Source of the DNA: Epiperipatus broadwayi
Taxonomy: Eukaryota > Animalia > Onychophora
Reading direction: 5' to 3'
NCBI GenBank assembly: GCA_028023455.1
Contig: JAQFVV010000008.1
Location: forward strand, 6,758,001 to 6,822,000
DNA length: 64,000 bases
This document shows positions 26,238 to 38,279 of the stretch, in pieces. Positions within the stretch are counted from its first letter, which is position 1. Each line of letters begins with the position of its first letter. The position numbers and the translations under genes were made by a program. The notes below the pieces were generated by a model. It was given only the letters and a program-made list of their open reading frames with translations, had not been told where the DNA came from and did not search any database.

Positions 26238-27427
26238 ATATCTGTCAATTATATCAACATGTAGACAGTTTTACACTTTCTTAGCTTCTACCATGAATGT
26301 CTTTGAAGAATTCTCACAGTACTATGAGTTTCTTATGTCTAAAATAGCAGTTTTGAAATGTGTTAAATATTCATTGATTTTAAATGCACTAATTTTTCAA
26401 GATTGCATTTGGTTGTAAATTACTTTAACATGAGACAAATTCTGATGAAAAAGCTTTAACCAAAACATGAAATTATCATCATTCAAGTATTTTAAAATTT
26501 CTATTGCTTTTGCAATGATTTGATCTGCATTTGATATTGACTGGATTTCAGTAAGGTAGCTTTTTAAAAGTTGTAAATTTGTATGAACTCATATTAAAGT
26601 TTCACCTTGTAGAGGAGGGACATAGAATTCTGACCATTTATATGCTTATTGAGAATGGATACATGTTTAGTTGATTTAAGAAGAATGCTGGAATAGCCAA
26701 AATGTTAGAGAAAAATATTCTTGCATTCCATGTAATACTTGCTGAATTTTTTTATTATTAAATTAAATTAAATTGATGTGTAGAACAGTGAATGAAATGT
26801 GCATTACTAAAAAACTTTTTATTTTTACTTGAAATTTGGCCCTTTTTTCCTTTCATGACATTTGCACCATCAAATGTCTGAGCTATCAGCATTTGTTCAT
26901 TTCTTTGAAGGATTATGTCTAATTGTTTTATAATACATTTTGATATGCCAACTTTGACTTTCTGGAATAAAGAATCCACCAAAATGCTTGCTTATTTCTA
27001 ATTCAACATACCATAGAACAATGACCATGTGAGTGCTGCGAAACATCCATTGTGTTATCAGCCATGACAGCTACAAAGGAAGCTTTTCTAATTTCTGCCC
27101 TTACCTCCTCATGCTATATTTGTAGTAAGCAGTCAAGTAATCTTATTCTGAATGAGCTTAGAAATCCTTTGAAGGTCGTACTAGTTTCTAAGTGATTCTT
27201 CAAATCTGGATCTAATTTAGATGCAAAATGTATTAATCCTCTAAATACCCCTGGATTTACTGCATCTTTTTCATCATGTTCATATAAGAGCATTTCAAAG
27301 TTTCCACAAAAGAAAATACAGTTGATTATTTTGGATAAAATTTCACAGTTCTTTTTAACCTTCATGCTATTCTCCTTGATTGAGAGACTGTATCACTCAC
27401 TAAGTTTTTCCTTAATATTTACATTTC

Positions 27428-28018
27428 ATGATGACCATTTCTTAAGCTTGCTCATAACTGTTATTAAAACAAACAAAACTCTCCATACAGTAGTGCCACT
27501 CAGTACAAGCTAGATTACTCTAGCTTGCACTGAGTGGCACTACTGTATGGAGTTTTACCTGTTTTAATAACAGTTATGAGCAAGCATAAGAAATGGTGAT
27601 CATGTGATGTTTAGTGGTTTAATACAATCTTTCCTAATAGGATAGTGGTGGCTATGGGTATTAAAGAACCAAAGACACCAAAATGTATGGGTACTGAACT
27701 GAGTTCAGACATATATGACTATATAAGCTAATGAGCTTGGATTGAAATATTGTGTTTTCAATTTTATTCTCCTAGTTTTATAGTTAAGTAGAGATAAAAG
27801 ATGGTTTCTGGAGGGTTGCATTAGATCCTAAAATCTAGGTGCAGTGCTCTCAGATCCAAGGCTCCTCACTGACACAAGCCACAAACTAGAAACTAGTCTG
27901 AGTATATTGGATGAGTAGGCACTAGATAGGGATTTTATGCACAAGCCTTCTGGCATCCATTGATTTTTCTAGCTTGCACTGAGTGGCACTACTGTATGGA
28001 GGGTTTTGCCTGTTTTTT
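27428..28018. mobile_element. Family A insertion nested in the hAT transposase
   Basis: Inverted piece 27428-27513, then sense 27514-28018. 12-bp TSD TATTTACATTTC at 27416-27427 and 28018-28029 (one T ambiguous). Confidence 0.85.
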
Positions 28019-29058
28019 ATTTACATTTCCTAAAAGTGACAGTGAAATTACATTTTCAAGCTGCTTCTTTGAGCTCTCATGATTTTTTGTTTTTTCTTTC
28101 ATTTTGTTTATATTTCTAAAGCCATCTTTTGTCCACATTGCACCATCTCCAAACAGCAAACATGGAAAGTAAAACAATGCATTCTTTACTTCACAACTAC
28201 AAAGCCAACTTTTTTATTGACACTATTTGGAATGAATATACTTCTTGCTGTTGCTTATTCTTGGCTTAAAAATTTGAATATCAAGTGTTGAACGCCTCTT
28301 TTCTTAACTGTAACTTTCTCATGGAGAGACAACCGTAGAAATTTAAGCTATTGAAATTCACTTACAGAACTTATTTCTTGGAAATACAAAGAGGCCATGG
28401 TTAAATTATTTAAACTTTCTGTAAAATAAAAGAAGCGAAAAAAAAACTATGAATTAAATAGAATAGTTGAAAGAATGATAATTATCTAAGTCTACCCTTT
28501 ATCACATTCAAGAATATGATATACAGTTTTTAAGTACAACACAAGCTGAAACAAAAAGAGACAACTATCTTACCCTTGCACAACCGGGTCGGCACTGTGT
28601 GAGCAATAGTGCTATCTCTAGCTAGTGCACAGTTTCATATCTTGGACATATGTGCATGTACACAACAGCTAAAGACCACATTGCTAGAACTGTGAAGCGC
28701 ACATTTCCATACAAGGATTTTTATAATTTTTTCATGCACTAGGGGATGGCTACTGACATTAAGCTTAAGGATCATGTATTGCATAAGTGTAAAGAAAGAA
28801 TTAAAGGAAAAAAGACTCATTATATTGAATGTTATAAGGGGTGCTGCAGTTCCGCTGTGTCTGTGCACAAGCCACCACTGGTATATAGTACTTTGAAACT
28901 CATCTCTAATAGATAAAATTGAAAGTGTAACTTTTAAAATATATTTTTTTAATAGAACAATAACAGTAAATAAACTAGACATTTTTGTATTTTAATATTG
29001 AAAAAAATAATGGTGATAATTGTATTTTAAAAAAATTCAATTGGTTTTTATTTTGTAG

Positions 29059-29165
29059 CTGTTCATGAGAAAATATTTATTACTTTTATGGTAACATCGA
29101 TCCTGTATATGATATTAAGTTGTTATATATATAAATGGTCCCGAAAAAAACCTCTCACAAGTTTG
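29059..29165 (+). CDS. PGAP2: PGAP2-family coding exon
   Basis: ttttgtAG acceptor, GTAAGT donor at 29166. With the C from the previous exon reads PVHEKIFITFMVTSILYMILSCYIYKWSRKKPLTSL (cf. human [22 protein letters not shown]). 107 nt, phase 1 to 0. Confidence 0.92.
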
Positions 29166-29382
29166 GTAAGTGTAGACTTTTATTTTAATCTTTGATTTTT
29201 ATTAATGTTATATCAATATATAGTTGTCATCAAATCTCATTTAATGTGACTTAAATCTGTTGTCATGATTATTTAAATAAGAGTATCTGGTAAACAAAAT
29301 TTGAAAATATCAAGAAATTGATTAATTTCATCTATTGATCAAAACTGAAATTAATTGCTTAGGGGTATTTTTTCAAATTTTT

Positions 29383-29538
29383 AAACCACTAAACACTGAT
29401 GAATACCATAAGCTAGAAACTAATCTAGGGATGTTGGTTGATTAGGCACTAGATAGGGATTTTATGCACAAACCTTCTTGCATTTCATTGATTTCTCTGG
29501 TTTGCACTGAGTGGCACTACTATATGGAAAAGTTTGTG
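29383..29538 (+). mobile_element. Family A insertion just downstream of the PGAP2 exon ending at 29165
   Basis: 13-nt inverted start aaaccactaaaca fused directly to CTGATGA of a damaged HHR, then the sense 3' part. Confidence 0.72.
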
Positions 29539-32500
29539 GCAAATAATTTTTAAAGTTGTATATTGTGTGTGTTGAGAGAGATACAATTAGAATTAGTTTT
29601 AGCTGCTTTCAGATTATTATCATACTTATTCATCCTTGTATAGATAAATTGATGGATTAGAATGATGATGTTTATTCTTTTTTCAAAATGGGCCACATCA
29701 GAGTTGGATATGTTTCAAAAACTGTACTAGATATGTTATCTTTTTCATCTCTTGATATGTGCTAAATAAATATCACATATGTTTTGTTTTGAATTAGCAA
29801 TGAAGAAAAGGTATGTTGTTGTATCAGATTTATTGATAGGCCATAGCTTTCATACACTAAAATTAATAAAATGTTAAGTAAAATTGATAGTTTGTAGTTG
29901 AAAATAAATGCAGCAAAACTAAATTACTGATGATAACTGCAGAGGATGTAGGATTAAGTATTATATATTTCATACAAAGCATCGTATCTCTTTTTCTATT
30001 TCAACATTTATATTATATGCAGTAATATTATTTTTCTCTACATCTTTTGTAAGCTTGAGCAATGAACTGATCATAGTGCTACATTTAAATACTCAAGCTC
30101 TTTTATTGGCATTCAACAATAGGAAATATGTACAAACAAATTAGCTTGATCTCAAAGCTTTAAGGTATTTGAATTTTAGATTGATAGCTTGGCTAGAATA
30201 AAGGAACTAAAGATAGTTGCTGGTTGGGTAAGCACAAATCCTGTTTTTCATTGAAGAGCAGCAGTAAACCAGAAAATAAGGATTTGGATGAATCACTATC
30301 AGCTATTGTCTCCTTACTGCTCAGGCTTATTATAGATGGCTCTGAAGAAATGTGATATGATGTAAAATAGCTCCTTAAATGAAGTCAGAAGAGTCTGTGC
30401 TACTTTTAATTATTTATTGCCAAATCATTTTTGTAGTGAATTATTAGTTCTAATCCAAATTAATAAAATTATTGTTAGGAAGAATATTAAAGAGCGGTTA
30501 GTCCTTTTAAATGATTATAAAGTTGAATGATGATAAACATATGTTCAAAGAAATTAGAATAGAAATTGTAATGGTTGAACAACTGTTTGATAAATAAAAA
30601 TAAAACTTTATTCTATTTTTAGGCCAATTAAAAAAAAATGCTTATTAAATATTTGAAGTTTTATATGAAGCAGAAATTTGAAACGATAAATTTAGAAGAA
30701 AAGATTGGAATGTTTAGAAATATGGATTTGGATTGAACATGTATTAAAGAAGTTGAGGAATTATGAAGATACAGTATAAGGCATAAGAAAAAATTTTGAA
30801 AGACAATTTTAAGAAAAGGAATTACTACAAATATTTGAAAATGAATAAAGAAGTTTAGAGACTGTTTTAAGATAATAAAAAATAGTACTTGTGTATTTAC
30901 TGGTTTGGCAAAGTCAGAAATGGTTTTTTGTTTTGTTATACACTTTTAGGGGCACACAGTAAATATCTATAACAAAATGGCTGAAAACAAGCAATGGTAT
31001 TTAATATTTCAGTGTTGTTGTTTTTATATTATTGTTATTTTAAAGAAAGACAATTTTGTGGCTATATTTTTTATATTTGCACTTTATTTGTTAATATTTT
31101 TTTGCTATTAAGTGAACTTATTAATATAAGAATGTAGTAAAGGTAAATTTAAAAGTCAGTAAACAAAACCTGTCATTTATTCTGTCTGAAAAATGATATT
31201 TGAGAATTAGAAATGTTCAAATCCCACCTTTCTTAATTCATAACTTTTATAGCTCTTTCAAGAGTCCGAATATATTGTACTTCTGGCAGCATTTTCTTTT
31301 ATCACATCTATAAGAATAGCCTACCACTGTTTTATTTGGAACTGTCACAATGAAGCACTGATTTGTCTGTCACTGAATAACCACTGCTGTGGCAGCATTC
31401 TGCCTTGTTCATTTTGAATGGAATTTTATCAAGTTTATAAATTATTTTTAAATTAACAACTAACCATATTCCTTAATATAAAATTGGGAGGAAAAACAAA
31501 AAAAGTACTTGTACAGCCCCTGAAAGTGTATAATTGAACAAAAAAAAATGTTTCCAGCCTTATTAAACTGGTAACCTAAAAAACGAATGGTAATGATTAT
31601 CTGCAGGACCAGTTTTAAGCCATTGGGCCTATTGCTTCCACTTGGGCTCCATACAGCTTGAAAAGGAAAAAATAAGTAAGAATTGCAAATTTTTCTCTAA
31701 TTAATGAAAATAAAAAAAATATTGTTAATTTTTCATCTATTTTGCTTAGAAATAATAAATTGAGAATGAAAATGATAATTTTGTTAAATTCATTAAAAGA
31801 ATTCAATAAAGTTTAAGAATGAAAATAGTGAAAGCAAGCAAGAATTAAACTTTATTATGTTCTTTTAAAGAATGTAACAAAATTTAATTCCCATCTACTT
31901 TTTTTTATTCTTAGAATTTATTATATTGCAAAATAGTTTTGTGTTTGACAGTTCACCAAAAATAAGTGTTTTTGTTTTTTGTTTTTATGAAAAAATTAAA
32001 TTTCATTGTTGCTGAATTGCAAATTTTTTTTATTGATATGTACATAGATTCATAATAGCATTGTATTTATTACCATTTGCAAATAAAATTTAATTTAATT
32101 ATATTTTACAAAAATTGTCAAATAATTTTATATTTGCAATATATTCTTTATAGATTTAACATCACAAAAGAGTTTATAAATAGTTATATAAAAAAATGAA
32201 ATAAACCAATTTTAAAATAATATTAAATAATCTTAAATTTCGGCTAAAATGACAAATGTTAAATCTATCACCATTATCAATATTCTCTTCATACTTTATA
32301 GATATGAAACGTTCTGTTGAGTGATAATTATTTTTTTTATCTACTTACCAAAAGAAATAAATGTAAGCTTTTTCTTATGTCCGACTGATTACTAAGGTAT
32401 ATGAATCCCAAGAGAAATGAATAATTGAATCCATGCTTGTCAAATATCTCATTGTTGAATCTGTAGATAAGTAAATGCTTATGCAAAAAAAAATTATTTG

Positions 32501-33999
32501 ATTATAAATTTGCATATAAATCTTTTTCAGATCAGCAGCCTTCCAAGTACAAGCTTTTGATCGTATGGTAGATAAAGAACTACAAATCCTTGAATCTTGG
32601 TTTTAAATAGCAGAAAAAGTATCAAAATTAATTTAAATTTCTCTGCAATTTTCAGACTTGACCAAAACTACAATAAGAAAATGTGCCAGAAAATTTGGAA
32701 ATGGTATTTTCAAAGGTCAAGCTAATATGGAAAAAAGATCAAATTAAATCACAAAAGCAGCTGTTATATGACACAACAAAATACCATACAATATTAGCTG
32801 TTCATTAGCGAATTCTTTTAGTCTTCTTACTCCTTTTATCATCTTGGGTTAGTTTTAGTAATCAATAATGCTAATTGGTAGTCTAGGGATATTTGGATAG
32901 GACAGCAGTGATTACAGATTTAATAAGTACTACTATCTACCATATATTGATTACACTAGATGGCATAGGAATAAGGAAATTAAAGTAGCTGTTATAGACA
33001 GTTACATGTCTTGGAAAATTGGCTGTATTTAAGCCAATTTAGTCAGTAGAAAGCTCAAAATCCATGAAAATGCTTGGAATTCTTTATTTGCAATGTCAAA
33101 TCTATCACATTTTCAAATTTATTCCTTGTTCTTTGGATTTTCTTGTCAATCCCATATCATCAATTCAACAAGAATGCTTGTACAGTTTGAATCTTAAATT
33201 AGTCAGTCTTTATACGTAGACTGCGCAAAGAAAAGAATTTGATCCTACAATGCTTTACATTTAACATTTACTTTTTTTTTAACAAAAATTAAATATTTTT
33301 GCTAAATCATTTTACTATCACTAAAACAAATGACTTTTGCAAATATTTACTTTTAAAAGGGTGTCTACATATTTTGTTTGTTTATTAAGTAGGTACATGT
33401 ATGCAATTTGGCATTAAAATGTGCTGTACTTTTTAAACTAATATTTTGATTTCTTTTTATTCTACTATAGATATATAAAATCTACAATAAACTTTATATA
33501 TTTAAAAGTCTATAAACTTTGCTGTGAACTGGAACCCAAGATGTTTCTAATTGGGCCCCATAGCTCCTAAAACCAGTCCTGTTTATATGTATATTAATAT
33601 ATAAAAATCCTAAACACTATGTGCATCCATTTGAATGATTTGGTTTTTTTTTATTTAAATTATAAATTTAAAAAAATTCACTAATGTTTGATTTTTGTTT
33701 ATATACATGAACTTTTGTTTATTTTGACCTAGAATTAAAGTTTTATTCAGTTTCCTGCTTGGTTGCAACAAATATGTCTGGAATTTATATTATATTTTTT
33801 ATTACATTATTATTTATTTAGTAACATTTTAAATTATTAAAATTACAAAAATTTATTTCTTTTATCTCATTTATTTTAGCATATAGTTTGCTATTTGTAG
33901 AATTAACTTATCAGATTGTAGATTGGACATTACTAGACAAAAGTCTTATTTCAATTCTTTTTTTGGTTAATAGATGTCACTAGGCATAAAGACTTTATA

Positions 34000-36780
34000 T
34001 ATTTAATGAAAAGCTAACAGTGAAGAATGGATATTTATATATTTTGCTAAATGGAAAAAAGAATTATACAGTTAGTTGGAAATTAAAGTTCAGGGAAAAA
34101 AAAACAAAAAATTGATTGGGATTGATCAGAAATCTGATATGCTTCTTATATAATCAATATAAGATATGTAGAATTTTTTGAAAGGGAATAATGATGCACT
34201 TTTAATTTTTGTAAATGGTGCTATTTGTATTAGCCAAGGATGTCAAATACAAAAAGAAATAGATAGATGTACTTTGGATGACAAATTGTGACAGCAAATT
34301 TGAAGCTGTTTAAGATGAAATGATGAGGACTTTATTTTTAATGAGGAAAATTAAACAAATTAAAAATATTTGGGAAGTTCAATATATGAATGAAAATAGA
34401 TTAGAAAATATAGTGTGTAATTGAATTATGTGGAAAGGACATCAAATACAATGGGCAAGAAAGATTTCACAATATGTAAAATTAATAGATATTATTTTCA
34501 TGTATTTATATAAGAAATAGAATAAACATCTAGAGAATGTATAACAAATATGTAATAATGTGGAATGGAAAAAGAGGTTAAATAAATCCATTAAAGAATT
34601 AGAATTGTGAACAACAGATATGAATAAAAATAGTTTGTAGTTACATAAGAACAAAAATTATATAAAATGTGAAATAATGTAGATAACACTAAAAGGAATT
34701 TGTTGTTATTTGGTGCAAAGACAGAAGTTTAGATACTGGATAAAAAAAGCAAAAATAGAATAAGTATTTGAATTATAGATGTAATTTATATGGAGGTGGG
34801 AAAGAAAGTATTGAACATTTATTTTTGGAATGTTAAAAGGATCGGAATAAATTGTATGAAAAATGAGAGAAATATTAAAAGTATTTGAATGAGGAAGAGA
34901 TTTTTTATTTAGGTCTTTATAATGGAATTAAGGAATATGAGAACAAAATAACGGAAGTATTGAAATAGTTTTTATTAAAATAGCATAGGTGGAAAAGGAG
35001 AAATGAATCAGGATTAGAAAAATAATTAAGTAATTAGGAGTAGAAATAAATGAGCTTATTGGTATATATATGAAGTTTTAGGACAGGAATGTTTAATTTG
35101 TTTAATATGGTTTCTAGACATATAACCTATTCACATAAACTTCTGACTTTAAGAAAAAGTCATTTTGCATTACAAACCATGTGCAAAAATAAAGTTAATA
35201 AATAGCAAGAAGTTTGAACGCCTGAAAAGCCAGAACTAGAATCGATCTGAAGACTCATATAATTTTGGAGTCTAACCCTCTTTCCCTGCACTAAACCATA
35301 TAGGGCATCACATATGCAGATATGCATTGAGTGATGAATTATGGACAAAGTAACTTTTTTTATTATTGAGAAAAATTAAACAAGTAAAAAATATTTGGAA
35401 AACTACAATATATAAATTGAAAAAAAAAATACTAAAAACAGTATTTGATTGGATACACAAAGTTTAATAGATAGACAATTTATTTCTTATTTATATAAGA
35501 AATGAGATAAATATATTATTACATTCATGATTATGATAGATGGGGAAAAAAATGGATAAGTTGATCAAAGAAAATATAGATTCATGCAAAGTAAATATAA
35601 ATATTAAAACAAGAACTTAGTTTACAGTTACGTTAAAATAAAAACATGTAAAATATGAAAGTATGACAACGCTATAAGGAACTTATCATTATTTGATGCA
35701 TACCAAGATAAGGAAATGAAAATGAGATCAAGTTTGGGTTGTAGATATAGTTTGTGTGGTTGTTGAAGAGAGGGAATGAATATTGAATATTCGTTTTTGG
35801 AGGGTAAGGTGTTAAAATGGATAACAGTAAATTGTATAGAGAATGGAAGAAATGGAAAAATAAAGAGAGTAAAATAACCAGAAATTTTTTAGTTTTTGTT
35901 TATTTCTTTATAATAAGAACAAGGAATATGATAATAGCATATTGTCTAAGAAGAAATTATTTTACAACATATCACATGTATATAGCTAATAGTTAAAGAT
36001 TTATTTATTTATTTTTGGATTATAAAAGAAATAGAATAAATATGTAGACAATATATTACAGATTTATAATTATGGAATGAGAAAGAAAAGTAGATAAATT
36101 GGTTAAAAAAATATGGAGTTATGTATAATAAATATGGAAAAAATATAATGTAAAGTTATATAAGAAGGAAAAATATATAATAATAATAATAAAGCATAGT
36201 ATAGGGATTTATTAAGCATTATTATCTGGCAACTATCATTGCTTTCTAAAACTTACAGTAAGCAACAACAAAAAAAGTAGAAACGTATGCTATTAAAGTA
36301 GTGATATGGAAGCTGAAGACATGATTATAGAATAGTTTATATTTTATTGGTTTATATAAATAATGGAAGTTATTATTACTTGGATATTAATGAAAGGAAA
36401 GCAAAAAGATAGAGGAATAAATTATACTGTGTATACAATTTGGATGGAAATGGGAGGAAGAATATTGAATACATACTTTTGAATGTAGGATGATAGAAGA
36501 GGATAAATTGTATGATGAATAGGATAAACAGATGAGTGTACTGAGATTTGATGTGTTTTTTGTTTGTTTTAATCTTTATTACAAAAACAAAGAATGTAAT
36601 GAAAGTATATTGCAAATAACAAAATGTCTTTTGTTAAATTGCTATGGTAGATAAAAAAGAAATGTTTGGTGATGGCAAAATGATTTGATAATAATGTCTT
36701 AGAAGAGGATAATAGATGGAAAGTAATAGATAGATTTACAACAATATAACAAGTTTCTAGAGAGAACATATTTAACTTGA
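34000..36780 (+). mobile_element. Highly decayed L1/Tx1-like LINE 3' fragments, about three tandem copies
   Basis: Purine-rich + strand. 34779-34832 reads CNLYGGGKESIEHLFLEC (C-terminal zinc-knuckle type motif of L1/Tx1 ORF2), with degenerate copies near 35780 and 36460; 34350 and 35372 align by eye. Confidence 0.45.
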
Positions 36781-37763
36781 CTAACAAGATTTCTAGGCAT
36801 AGCTATCTGATTTCATCTAAGGAGAATCCATTTTCCATCCACATTTCCAATCTTTTTTTATCTGCAACTGAAAATTAGTGCTGTTCATAGATGTTAGACT
36901 CAAAACTTTAATACATCTAATATTTTATAGCATTATAAATATATATATTGTACCCTCACCATCAGTTCAATCCATAATGGAAAAAATAGAAATTACCTCT
37001 CAAATAAAATAATAATACTCCGGCTAAAATACTTGTAATCTTAATATAATAAATAATAAAGATATCTTATGATAAATGTCTACCATTTGACTAGCTATAA
37101 CTAATTAATAAATATTATATGGTTCGATTCATGAAAACTAAATCAATAAAATCATGAATTTAGTGAATGTAAGACAGTAGGATTACATTGAGCCTATATC
37201 CCACAGGATCCAATCTCAATGACATAACACTATCTCATCTTTTACTTCAAATAATAATATAAACATAACATTCTTAAGACTTTAAAAGTAATAAGTAATT
37301 TAGTATAATATTACTAAAATAAATTCTAATCTCTTTTACTAAAATATAATTATAATTATTTTAGGTTCTTGAAAAACAAATTAATTAATTTATAATCTCC
37401 TGTAATCAAATATGATAAGGGATTTTGTATCATTCCTAACTACACCTAACAATAATAATAATAAATAATATTCCTACTCCTAATTAAATAACTATTAATC
37501 CTATCTACTATTTAATACTATGACACCTAACAGTAATGATAATAATAATAATATTAATAATATAATTATTTTATTTTTCATGTGCATCTTAAAATATGAT
37601 ATAATCTGAAAATATGTGGCAACAAGAATATTAAATTTTATGCATTAAATTATGTGATCAGTTATGACTATAATAATATTGTAAAAAAAAAAATTAGGAG
37701 GTTTCGCTATCTTAATATATATCTGAGCACTTACAGCATATATGTGTAGAGATGGTAATCTGG

Positions 37764-37805
37764 CAACTGATGATTGCTGGTTTAGCATGAAATACGTTTA
37801 TTGGT
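37764..37805 (+). ncRNA. Family B hammerhead motif, weakened
   Basis: Core CTGATGA/GAAA intact; 2-nt deletion shortens stem I; stem III ATACGTTT has one mismatch. Confidence 0.6.
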
Positions 37806-38235
37806 GATTATTTATCTTTTCAACATATATGTGTTCAGGTGTATCAGTGTTATGAGATAGTGTGGAGAGTGGTGGGTTGTGCGAAAGTCTGTGCTTATAT
37901 ACCCTATATATTACATATATAGATACAGGTATATAATAAGCCTGTGTTTCAGTTATTACATAAGTACAGATGTCTGCCCATCCCTTATATATGTATTAAA
38001 TGGATTATGTCCTGTACATGAGGGGTCAGATTGACTTTAGGTCAACATGGGTGTGACAAGAATCTCGACCTCAGGGTGGCCTCTGAGCGTTCCATCATCA
38101 GATTTTCAATTTGATGGACAGTTGAAGAGTAGGAGTGTGGAGTAGATTGAAGCCTGTCCATTGGAGTATGAGGTTTCGCCATCTTAATATATATCTGAGC
38201 ACTTACAGCATATATGTGTAGAGATGGTAATCTGG

Positions 38236-38279
38236 ACCAACTGATGATTGCTGGTTTAGCATGAAATACGTATATTGGT
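38236..38279 (+). ncRNA. Minimal type I hammerhead ribozyme (family B), intact core
   Basis: ACCAA-CTGATGA-TTGCTG-GTT-TAGCAT-GAAA-TACGTATA-TTGGT. Stem I 5 bp, palindromic stem III ATACGTAT, AUA site after 38274, U-U at the base of stem II. Confidence 0.8.

Larger units (their letters stand above)
25511..28880 (-). mobile_element. Decayed hAT DNA transposon (DUF4371/ZMYM1-like transposase), interrupted by a family A insertion
   Basis: Minus fragments FYFPCLLFG..WTKDGF (27989-28177), ILSKIINCIFFCG..NPGVFRGL (27114-27365), QTFDGANVMKG..FIHC (26758-26982) and TIPMT..EHCFLTLKTIKTFLCSTM..RL (hATC dimerisation, 25691-25888). Imperfect termini CAGTGGCAGTTTGT (25511) and reverse complement CAGTGGTGGCTTGT (ending 28880). 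Confidence 0.85.

Noticed and set aside
25935-26418. Two ORFs on opposite strands sharing the same peptide
   Set aside because: Explained by the 56-bp inverted duplication within the hAT relic, not by genes.
28635-28982. 115-aa minus ORF containing PLVHEKIIKIL, resembling the missing PGAP2 exon
   Set aside because: Wrong strand, lies at the hAT end; the real exon PVHEKIFITF with proper splice sites is 29059-29165.
32529-32610. Exon-like stretch reading SAAFQVQAFDRMVDKELQILESWF*
   Set aside because: No homology recognised, no partner exons, and not needed for the PGAP2 model.
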